DNA of 20,000 nucleotides from positions 53,970 through 73,969 of the IMG/VR virus record IMGVR_UViG_3300037991_004722; one strand, given 5' to 3'. The notes under the pieces are model-generated. The model ran no database searches. It was not told the DNA's origin and was given only the letters and a program-made list of their open reading frames with translations. A program made the position numbers and the translations under genes. This stretch comes from an uncultured virus (IMG/VR IMGVR_UViG_3300037991_004722). Taxonomy: Duplodnaviria; Heunggongvirae; Uroviricota; Caudoviricetes. Positions 7,090 through 16,600 of the stretch are shown here, piece by piece; the first letter of the stretch is position 1, and each line of letters begins with the position of its first letter.

Positions 7090-7128
7090 AGCTTATGGCC
7101 GTATGACAGGTGTGGCAAGGGGGGCAGG
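7090..7128 (-). promoter_or_regulatory. putative sigma70-like promoter TTGCCA-N17-TAAGCT
   Basis: -35 at 7118-7113 and -10 at 7095-7090; A/T tracts further upstream (7187-7220). Confidence 0.7.
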
Positions 7129-7290
7129 CAAAGAAAGTTTGCTAAATCCAGTGAAAACCAAGGTTGAACCTCGATTATCGCTGGTGAAAAAAAATCTGAT
7201 TTTGTGCCGTTTTTTTTCTATTCGCTGCACTCGCGTGCGCGTGGTTCCTTTTATGCCCCCCCCTTTTTCTGGTTTTCTTTGGTTTTTTCC

Positions 7291-7330
7291 CCTTGCCCCC
7301 CTTGACGGGTGTGGCGGGTGTGACTAAATA
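7291..7330 (+). promoter_or_regulatory. divergent promoter TGCCCCCC-TTGACG-N17-TAAATA
   Basis: Same TGCCCCCCTTG prefix as the minus-strand promoters; T-rich upstream tract; ATG begins 6 nt after the -10 hexamer. Confidence 0.6.
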
Positions 7331-7336
7331 CCGTGT

Positions 7337-7666
7337 ATGACTTTGACTCTCGCCTTTCGCGGCCTCGCCGCAGACTCCCCCCGACAGCGCGCCCGTTGCT
7401 CTGTTACGGGTCGTTTCGTGGCATGGGTCAAGGCCGCCGCGCTCCGCGTTGCAGGTGCCCCCCGTGTGGTGGTGGTGCCGTCTACCGTGGAACCCGATAC
7501 CGCCGATGCTGCCCCCGTGGTGGCCCCCGTGGTATCCGTGGCCGCCGCTATCGCTGCCCCCGTGGTAGCCGTTGCGCGTGCCGTTGCTGCCCCTGTGGTG
7601 GCCGTGGCGTCAACTATCATCGCTCGCGTGGGGCGGTGGTTTCGCCGTGGGGGGTGTACCGTGTGA
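7337..7666 (+). CDS. Ala/Val/Pro-rich low-complexity protein with APVV repeats, 109 aa; probably leaderless
   Basis: ORF track; directly behind a promoter; R..TGRF motif; GCCCC(C/T)GTGGT repeats. Confidence 0.55.
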   Translation: MTLTLAFRGLAADSPRQRARCSVTGRFVAWVKAAALRVAGAPRVVVVPSTVEPDTADAAPVVAPVVSVAAAIAAPVVAVARAVAAPVVAVASTIIARVGRWFRRGGCTV

Positions 7667-7863
7667 AGCGTATGCCATGGCCGCAACCGACCGCCCCCCG
7701 TGGTTTTTTGTGGCGCNNNNNNNNNNGGGGGGGGGGGGGGGGGTGGTGCGTCTCGCTTCCGCTGCTGCCGAAGGCGTCCCCCCCGTGGATTCGTTTTGTT
7801 TTTCGTCTCGGGCCGCGCTGGGTTCCCCCCTGGGGTTTTACGGAAAATAGAGATAATCGGCTA

Positions 7864-7892
7864 TTGACGGACACCTTTCGCAGACATAGAAT
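7864..7892 (+). promoter_or_regulatory. sigma70-like promoter TTGACG-N17-TAGAAT
   Basis: Near-consensus hexamers, followed by GAGGT SD (7901-7905) and ATG 7910. Confidence 0.8.
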
Positions 7893-7909
7893 CGGCATTC
7901 GAGGTATCA

Positions 7910-8875
7910 ATGAATAAATACGTGTGTTTGGCTCATCGCTTTCCTGCGGCGGGTATAGAAGGTGTTCTTGGGGTTCCAGTACAGAGCGAGGCCGAAATAG
8001 AAGAATACAGGTCTCATATGGATGACGTATCGCCGAATCAGACCATCAGGTTTGTTCGTCTGACATCAATACCGGACCATGCGAATAAGCATCTGAAAGC
8101 AGGTGACGTAGTGGTCAAATACGAGGGACTGAGCGAGAAGTTTCTTGATGTTCTTCGTCCAGTAGAGACTGCGTACCTGCTCAGTAAGTACAAGGCCGGG
8201 GATATTGATTGGGAGCATGCGGAGGACATTCGTCGTTATTCGTTGGAGAGCTTTCAGTGGCAGCTTGGCTCAGATGGATACCAGTTGGCGATATCGGACC
8301 CGCATGGTCGTCTTGTTGTTTTGAGGGCGCATCACGGTACTCCGAGGCGTCTTTTTCCGACTGCGTACAGCATCTTGCAGGAAACAGAGAACGACAAGAA
8401 GCTTGTGGCGGATGATCCGTATATTGGTCGTCGTGTGTCGGTTTCTCACAAGCAGAAGTGTGCATGGGCGACAATGCGCTTCATTCACTACTACTTGTTG
8501 AAGTATGGCCCGATTGTGGACTCAAGCGTTCTGTATGAGTTTAAGAAGAAGATACGTCGGCACAATCGCGTATACAGCGACTTACCTAAGTTTGAATTTG
8601 CTAACTTTGTTCGTCTGCATACTCGCAGGACGCACAAGCATTCTCAGGACTTTTGGCGTCGAGTGCGCGTAGAGTACCTGGAAGATCCTGACTCATTGCC
8701 GCGACCGTTGTCGTTTATTGCGTCGAAGCGTTCTGTGCGCTGGGTTCGTCTGACTATGGAGGAAGTTGATCAGGTATTGAACCATGTTGAGTGGGATGAG
8801 TGGAACGAGTTCAGGGATCCGCTTCACTTCTCGAATGTTCGAAATAATTCATCTGGATCTGCGGAGTGGAACTGA
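7910..8875 (+). CDS. hypothetical protein, 321 aa
   Basis: Long ORF with promoter and SD; no family recognised. Confidence 0.85.
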   Translation: MNKYVCLAHRFPAAGIEGVLGVPVQSEAEIEEYRSHMDDVSPNQTIRFVRLTSIPDHANKHLKAGDVVVKYEGLSEKFLDVLRPVETAYLLSKYKAGDIDWEHAEDIRRYSLESFQWQLGSDGYQLAISDPHGRLVVLRAHHGTPRRLFPTAYSILQETENDKKLVADDPYIGRRVSVSHKQKCAWATMRFIHYYLLKYGPIVDSSVLYEFKKKIRRHNRVYSDLPKFEFANFVRLHTRRTHKHSQDFWRRVRVEYLEDPDSLPRPLSFIASKRSVRWVRLTMEEVDQVLNHVEWDEWNEFRDPLHFSNVRNNSSGSAEWN

Positions 8876-9189
8876 TGTTGGACGCCAAGTTTGTATCTCG
8901 CAACTTGAGGGCTGTTTTACGTGAGTGGTATGCGTGGTTGTCTGACAAGGCTACTCATCCAGACGAATGGAGAGCAGTGCCTCATTGGTGCAAGCAAGTT
9001 CCATCGACACTGGACATACCGTGGGCCTTGTATGAACTGGAGAAGCACACGGATAGGCGTCACATGTTGCGTGCATTGTTTACTGTGGTCGACGAGATCT
9101 ACATGTCTTGCGAGACGATTGAGAACGCTCCATCGATTGATAAGTTGAGAAACCATCTTTTGAGTTGGTATGAGGAAGAATATGGGTGA
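8875..9189 (+). CDS. hypothetical protein, 104 aa
   Basis: TGATG coupling with the previous gene. Confidence 0.8.
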   Translation: MLDAKFVSRNLRAVLREWYAWLSDKATHPDEWRAVPHWCKQVPSTLDIPWALYELEKHTDRRHMLRALFTVVDEIYMSCETIENAPSIDKLRNHLLSWYEEEYG

Positions 9190-9718
9190 TTGGCTGTACA
9201 TGGTGGAGATTCCTGGTGCTCCGATAGGCAAGGGAAGGCCGAGAGGGGCGTCAATTGGTGGTCAAGTGCGCCTATATACGCCGAAAAAGACGGCAGATTG
9301 GGAGCGTTCTGCGGCGATGGTGATGACCAGTGTGTGGCGAAAAGCGCCACTTGATGAGCCTGTAGAGGTCGAAATAGCGGCATTTGCGCATCGACCGAAG
9401 CGTTTATTGCGCCGAAAAGACCCAGATCACGTCATTTACAAGACATCGAAGCCAGATGCAGACAACATTTGCAAATGTGCCTTGGATGCGCTGGTGATGG
9501 CGGGCGTACTGAGGGACGATTCATTGGTGGTGAAGGTAACGATCCTGGACTTCTATGCTGAGCGTGATCGTGGACCGAGGCTGTGTTTGCGTATGCGTCC
9601 TGCGCAGTCTGAGCCTGTGGAGGGCTGGTGGGACACGGCATCGCATAAGATGAGCAAGACATTGATGGAATCGCTTGAGGAGAACGACCACAGGTATGAG
9701 GATGATTTACCGTGGTGA
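9182..9718 (+). CDS. rusA: RusA-family Holliday junction resolvase
   Basis: IPGAPIGKGRPR, YTPKKT..WE and KPDADNICKCALDAL..GVLRDDSLV match the RusA catalytic motifs. Confidence 0.92.
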   Translation: MGDWLYMVEIPGAPIGKGRPRGASIGGQVRLYTPKKTADWERSAAMVMTSVWRKAPLDEPVEVEIAAFAHRPKRLLRRKDPDHVIYKTSKPDADNICKCALDALVMAGVLRDDSLVVKVTILDFYAERDRGPRLCLRMRPAQSEPVEGWWDTASHKMSKTLMESLEENDHRYEDDLPW

Positions 9719-9747
9719 TTGACGGCTTGTTCTGCTTTGGTTACTCT
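9719..9747 (+). promoter_or_regulatory. sigma70-like promoter TTGACG-N17-TACTCT
   Basis: Same -35 as the 7864 and 7302 promoters; 17-bp spacer. Confidence 0.6.
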
Positions 9748-9790
9748 GATTTTGGAGACAGCCTCTCCTGTGTAATTGATTGTTTGCTCT

Positions 9791-9826
9791 AAAGGCCCTA
9801 CTTGCTCTGGTGGGGCCTTTTTCTTT
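9791..9826 (+). terminator. intrinsic terminator
   Basis: AAAGGCCCTA...TGGGGCCTTT stem followed by TTCTTT. Confidence 0.8.
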
Positions 9827-9884
9827 GTTTGCTTTATTGTTGATATGCGGTAAAGTTGTTTTTGTTCATTGAGAGGTAATCGTC

Positions 9885-10253
9885 GTGGCAACAACTGTAA
9901 TTGACAACACGTATCTTACTTCAAAGGTATTTTACGAGACTGATCTGGATACCAATCCATTTACAAACGTTTCGAATGGTGCTTGTACTGTTCATTCGAT
10001 CAACGTATTGAATGGTGTAAGCAGTGCTACGGTCAACTATCTGAAGATCTATGACACTGCGGAAGAGATTACTGCGAACTCTACTGAGCCAGATTTTGTC
10101 ATTCGCATTGGTGCTTTCGATTCGTTGATTACGTTTGGTTCTTCTGGTCTTACGATTGTGAACGGTTTGACGCTTCGCATGGTTCAGGGCGAGGCGACGA
10201 GCAGTGAAGATGATCCAGGTGCAAACGCAATCTGTGAAATCACATATACTTGA
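9885..10253 (+). CDS. small beta-rich putative virion structural protein, 122 aa
   Basis: GAGG SD with GTG start; Thr/Asn-rich; V.SI...N...YLKIYD...P...I...GL pattern; paralog of the next gene. Confidence 0.7.
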   Translation: MATTVIDNTYLTSKVFYETDLDTNPFTNVSNGACTVHSINVLNGVSSATVNYLKIYDTAEEITANSTEPDFVIRIGAFDSLITFGSSGLTIVNGLTLRMVQGEATSSEDDPGANAICEITYT

Positions 10254-10262
10254 GGTTTTATC

Positions 10263-10655
10263 ATGGCCGATTCTTTGGTAAGTTTGTCAAACCCTAGGGG
10301 AAACCTTGTATTTCGCGAGACCGCTGCTACGTCGACGTTGGAGCAGAACGTCTTTGCGAAGGCTGCTGCTACAATTTATGCGATCAAGATAGACGCGACG
10401 GCGAACACGGGCGAAGACGTGTATCTTGCGATTTACGAGAACACATCGGCGACAGCAGCGAACTTGACGGTTGGCACTCATCATCCGATTACAACGATAC
10501 GTTGTCGTGCTGGCAGGACGATTGAGGTTTTGATGCCTTGTGGTCTTGTGGGTTCCAGCAGCAATTATTTGCATGCTTGCGTAAAGACATCGGCTGGCAC
10601 GGCTGGCAACACGTCTCCGACTGGCACGGTTTCATTCACACTTATTGGTGAGTAG
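10263..10655 (+). CDS. small beta-rich putative virion structural protein, 130 aa, paralog of the previous gene
   Basis: GAGG SD; IYAI.ID...YLAIYE...VGT..P...I...GL pattern. Confidence 0.7.
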   Translation: MADSLVSLSNPRGNLVFRETAATSTLEQNVFAKAAATIYAIKIDATANTGEDVYLAIYENTSATAANLTVGTHHPITTIRCRAGRTIEVLMPCGLVGSSSNYLHACVKTSAGTAGNTSPTGTVSFTLIGE

Positions 10656-10659
10656 TCCG

Positions 10660-13600
10660 ATGGCGTCCGAAGATGCCGTATTGATGGGTGGTCTTCGTGG
10701 GTTTCGCTCAGACACGGGCGAGCCTCTGGAAACCCAGATTGAACCTGTAGAATCAAAGAACGTGGATGATCTTCGCGAGCGTTATCGTAATTTGCAGTCG
10801 GTTGATCGTCCTGAGTATCGTGGGTTCAAGGTTCCTGCTGGCATGAACCAGGTTCAGACGGATGCTTGGTTTGCTGAGATTGATGCTCGTGAGGACGAGC
10901 GTGAGCGCAAGGAGTCGTTCTTTCGTTACAGTGCGCCCAAGTTTTTTGCTGAGGGTAGTCAGTATTTATTTGGTGATCCGATCAATGTTACTGGCATGCC
11001 TCGCGAGGAGTTTGAGGAGCAGCGTCGCCTTGAGCGTGAAAAGTACGATCTGGATGAAGTGAAGGGCGAGCCTGAGTTTGTGAAGGACGTTCGTGGTTCA
11101 GGTGTACGTCAGGTTGGTTTGGACTTGATGGACGATCCTGTTGGTACGACTCAAAAGGCTAGGCGTGCATTTGATGAGATGGTTGAGAAGGCTATTTTGG
11201 AGGATGACGTTGAGTCTGCGCGTAATTTGGCTGACATAGCGAGTTTCAAGGATCCGACTGGTGTTTCTGATTTGCTGTCGGCAGTTTCGTCTGCACGCTT
11301 GGCGTATGATCGTCCTGATGATCGATACCGTCATTTGACGGACACGGCTATATCTGGCTTGGCTGCGGCGATACCTTTGGTTGGATCCGGCCTTGTCAAG
11401 CAGATCATACGCGGTGCTCCTGACGCAGCGAAGGCGGCACCTGATGCACCAGCACCCGTATTCGAGGCCGCAGCCGAGCGCATGGTCGAACGCTTGCCCG
11501 ATAAGATTGGTGTTCAGGCGCTTGAGAGTACTTTGGGTCGCAAAAAGAATCCGAAATCGGGTGAAGTTGTTCGATACACGAAAGATGTGAAGGACAAAAA
11601 CACTGGGGAAATCATCCACAAGAAGGGCGACAAGAAGCTTACGCCGTCTGGGGAAGAAATTCTTCATCCTGAGTTCATCTATAAGGACATCTCGGAGAGC
11701 GAGTGGAACGACACAAATTTCGACGACTTCATCAATGCGGCAAAGGCATCGGGCAAAAAGAGCGTCACCAAGGACGAGTTTATCCAGCATCTTGAGGACA
11801 ACAAGGTCCAGATCGAGGAAGTTCGGCTTGTAGAGGGTGCTCCTCCTCCTCAAGAGCTTCAGGATCTGATGCGTAAAAGAGTCGAGGCTTCAAGGTCGTT
11901 GAAATCTGAGTCTCAGGAGTTGGCGAAGATTCTTGCTCCTGGTGAAAACTTTGGAACGCATCGGCACAAGTTTGAGCAAAATGCGTATCACTACCATGGT
12001 TTGTACGTTGATTATTTAGCAAAACATTGGGACGTCGCAGAGAATATGAATCGTGGCGATGTTCCAGACGATATGTGGGAAATTGTTTCCAAGCTTAAAG
12101 ATCTTGAGAATAATGTTCCAATTTCAGACTTGACGGTTGAGCATGGCGCACTGATCACTGAGGTGCGCAATGCGGTGAACGCGAAGCTGGCTGATCCTGA
12201 GTATCTGGAGTTTGCACGTCGCAGGAAGACTGAACTGACATCAGGTAGTAGAAGAACAGAAGCGGAACACAACTCGATGATGGACGATGTTGCACAATTT
12301 GAAAATCTTCAAAGAGTGGGTCGAGCCCTGAACCAAATACCCGAGGCCGAGTCTCGCCTTATTGCCCTGCGTAATTTTCAGTCTTCTCCCAAGTATCAGG
12401 AGTATGCGAGCGTACAGAATCAGTTCCAAAGGAAGCTTGAGGAGTTGACGCCTGAAATTCAGGGTAAAAGACCACAATACGAAATATACACCGTCCCAGG
12501 CGGCGAGGACTACCAAGAGATTCTGCTGACGGTTCCACAAAAGGTGAACAAAGATTTCCTATCTTGGCATAAGTCCATGCTGGATCGAACAATGGGTCCA
12601 CGTTCTGGTACTGGACCTGATCCTGACAGTTATGATTTGTTGCCCGCAGAACAGCAGAAAGCTGCTCGGGCTCAATATCGAACAGAAATGGATAAAGAAC
12701 CGTTTGTCTCTCCTGAGTTCACCGACTCCCACCACGGCCACATCCCCAACGTCATGGTCCACATTCGCACCAAGACCCGGATTGACAGCAAGGGCCGCAG
12801 GATCTTGTTTGTTGAGGAGATCCAGTCTGACTGGCATCAAGCAGGCCGGAAAAGAGGGTATGAAGGTAAATATATTTTAAAAGGTGAAGTTGACGAAGCA
12901 CTAAAAAAACTTGAAGACGCTCAAAAAAACTTGCTCGATTGGATGGCAGAAAATCCCAATGTATCCATCACAGATCAACGACCTGAGCTTGTAAATTTAC
13001 GAGTGAAAGCCAGTGAAGCAGCGGATGGATTGATTCGTCAAGCTCAGGAATCAAACTTAGATATTGGTGTTGGTTCCACTCGAATGGATGATTCTGGGAA
13101 GATCGTTTTCGATACTCCCATATCCGGTGAAATTGAAGTAAGTGCAATTCGCGAATATTCACCAAGATATATCTCTCAAGGTGGAGACGAGGTTCCCAAC
13201 GCCCCCCTAAAAGACACCAAGGAGTGGACGGCCCTCGCCATCAAGCGCATCTTCCGCGAGGCCGCAGAGCAGGGCTACGACGGCGTAGCGTTTAGCCGTT
13301 CGGACGTGATCACGCCTTTGGTGACTTTGCCGAAAGATGAAGCTGNNNNNNNNNNCATGTTTGGAAACCCAGAAGCGTTTCTGGATCGTCTTGCGGAGCT
13401 TAAGCAACTAGGCGGGGAATACGCAGAAGGCGCAGAACAAGCTGAAAACGTGTTTGGCGGCAACCAATACTACTACGACAAGCTCATCCCCAGCATTGCC
13501 AAGAGAGAGACGAAGGCGAAGCAAGGGACGACACTCATTGATGTGGGCGATAAATCCCTCGAAGTCCCCTTCTTCGAACTCACCGACAAAGTCAAAGACC

Positions 13601-16600
13601 GGGTCATCAAGCCCCAGAAGCTGTACAGCGTTGCATTGCCTGGAATCGCCATAGGAGCCGCCGCAGCGGAGGAAGAGGAGCTTTCAGCGGCTGCCGCTCT
13701 GGGAGCGATTGGGCTGGGTGGCATGGCCCTGTATAAGGGTATGAAGGGTGCTCGTGCTGCGAAGCTTTCAACTGCTGGATCCACTGATCCTCATTTGGTT
13801 CCAAAGTCGGAATGGAAAAAATCAATCGACCGAGAGGAGCTTGGCCCGAAAGTCGATAATTCTCGACGGTATGTGGCCGCGATTGCGGACGAGCTTGATG
13901 ATTTGCCATCTGCAATGGAGAAGTATGGCCGCGACTTCGCGTATGAGGTGCCTGAGCTTGTTCGCAAGATGACTGGAATTAAGCCAGATGACAAGGTGAA
14001 GATCTACAGGGCTATCTCTGCTGATGATCCAGCCGATGGTATTTTGCCGGGTGATTGGGTGGCGCTGGACAGATCTTATGCTGAAATGCATGGATCTTCA
14101 GGGTACGGCGATGTTGGGTCTAAAATCGTAGAGCTTGAGGTTCCAGCGAAAGAAATCGTGTGGGCGGGAACCTCTGCTGATGAGTGGCACTATGCTCCTC
14201 TTTCTGCTCGCGACAACACCGTTAAATCGGCTCATGAGGCTTTCGTAAAGGATGCCATTCGTGAGGGTAAAGAGGTTCCTGAAGAGGTTCTAAAGGACTA
14301 CCCAGACCTTCGTGCTGCTGCCGACGTAGCCAAGCCCCCCGCCGCCAAGGTTGCTCGTGCCGCAACGGCAACAGCCAAAGGAGAGTCTTACTTTGACCCC
14401 GACAAGCTTTCCCAGCTTAAAAATCTGGTGGAGAAGCCTCGTCGGCAAGAAAACCTTATTTACATGTCTCCTGATGAGTTTTTGTCGTTAGCAGAACCGT
14501 TGAGCAAGCCAACCGCAGACAAGGCGGAGCGTGTTGCTGGCCTTCTGGAGCGCGGAGAGAAGTTTAACAGCGTCCCATATTTAAATCTGGATGAGTCTGG
14601 ACAGATATTCAATCATGAAGGCCGCCATCGTGCGATGGCGCTGAAGAAGCTTGGCGTTGAAAAGATGCCTGTATATTTGCATTCCGATGATATTCGTTGG
14701 AACGAGCAGGTACTGGGTAAGGGTGATGCTTCTTACTATGTTGAGAATTTGCCGAAGCAGTTGATTGGCCAAGACGGTAAGACCAAAATCAAGTCACCTT
14801 TCCATACAGAGGGGCCAAACCGAGGCAAGCCTCTGCCCGAGTACTCTGCCGACGCACCCAAGCCCCCCGCCTCAGGACTCAGTGACTTCGAGCGTGCTCA
14901 GCTTGGAACCCAAAAAGAGGGAGCCAAGTACCCATTCATCACTGAGGAGAACTGGCCGATTCTTCGTGAGATGATTCTCGGCAAAAAGACCAAAAGCAGA
15001 AGCTACAAGCAGACGGAGACATTTGGTCCTCTTGACCCTGAGCTTACGGCATACACGCCAGGTGAGACCCTGAAGCTTCTTTCAAACCCGAAGATTGTAA
15101 ATTTTCATAATAAGGTTTCTAACTACAAGATTCCTGATGAATACAAGACGGTTGTGTTTGTTCCGTGTGCCGCATCAAAGCCATGGGGTGCTGCTGCATG
15201 CAGCGGTAACTACTACCCAGCTTACAATAAGATTTTGAAGGGTGTTGAGTCTGGTGAGATTCCCGGCCCGGTTTTCTTCGCAACGATCAGTGAACCGCTG
15301 GGAATCGTTCCTATGGACATGTGGGACGATTTCCCGGCATACGATGTTCCCGGCTTGTTTGGCAATGATCCTCAGCGCACTGGAATGTTTACAGCGGACT
15401 GGAACAAGTCTCAGTTCGGTCAGCGATACATGATTCCTTTCGACAAAGAGGCCAAGGATAAGTCGATTGATATCTTGGGTGATGTTGTCGCTAAGTTTGT
15501 CGAGAACAATCAATCACCTGACCGTCGCTTCATCTCGTTTGTAGATGCGAAGGACATGGGCTCAACGACGCACTCGCTAATGCTGGAGCGCGCAGAAAAG
15601 ACGTTGGATCAAGAAATCGTCCCGTCTAGCCTTCGGTTTGGAAAGACTGATCCTGAAGCATCTCGTCCCGGTGCAAAAGCCACATACGACCATATTAAAA
15701 AGATTTTGGTCGAGACGGATGCTGCCCGAACCCCCGCCTCCGAAGACGCTTTCGGTGCAAGATACGCAGGTGAGACTGCACAATACACTTTCACAGCCCC
15801 ATCGAAGTTGCCCGAGACACCTGACGAGATTCAGGCGGCGTTTTCGGAAATGAACCGGATTCAGCGTGGCGCTCCAGAGTCAGCAATGGAGTCTTTTCAA
15901 ATGAGGTTACCGGGTCAATCGCCTGCTGGCTATTTAGCTGAACATATTGGAGATCTCACGGCGCGGCTGGGTCACCGTGCATATGGTCCGGTATCTGAGA
16001 AGGTTCGTAATACGCATGGCGATTTGCTGACGGGCTTTGAGACGCCGCCTTTGAAAGATGTTTTGAGTGACAAAAGTTATCGCAAGAAGCTTTTGGATAA
16101 GGGTTACGAAAGATACTCTCAACTGGAGAGTTTACCGCCGAAGACTCGCGATGAGTATGTGAAGGAGTTTGACGAGTATCTGAGTAACTACGCCGATAAG
16201 CACCGAAACATCCCTGTTTACAATGAGGTTCAAAGGCTCGCGAATGACGCGGCTATTGCGCTTGGTGAGCAGCGATACACTGATGTTCGCGATTCTTTGG
16301 CTAAGCTTCAAAAGTACATTGATGAAGGCGAAGAACGATTCAAGGCCCGCATGTCATGGATTGAGCCAGAGTTTGCTCGTTTTCCGGGTGGCGAGACCCC
16401 CCCCGGCAAGGCAGTCAAAACAGAGTTGCCTGATTTCTCCGCTGAGTACAAAGAAGCGAAGGAAATGCAAGATTTGATTGAGCGTTTGTCGGCCAGTAAA
16501 AAAGCATCAGAGCAACAAGACTTTTTGGATGCAATACTTAAATCACACGAAGCCAAGCCCCCCGCCGCCTCAAAGCTTCCTGAAGAGGGCAACCCCAACC

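Noticed and set aside
6430..7327. ORFs 6430..6813 +, 6662..7327 + and 6770..7087 -
   Set aside because: No convincing SD, non-protein-like composition, and they run through promoters and homopolymer tracts.
7727..7743. Poly-G tract as a phase-variation or G-quadruplex element
   Set aside because: It abuts the assembly gap, so its length is unreliable and it may be a sequencing artefact.
7333..7917. 194-aa Arg/Cys-rich ORF crossing the N-gap
   Set aside because: Alternative frame of a repetitive GC-rich gene and dependent on the placeholder gap length.
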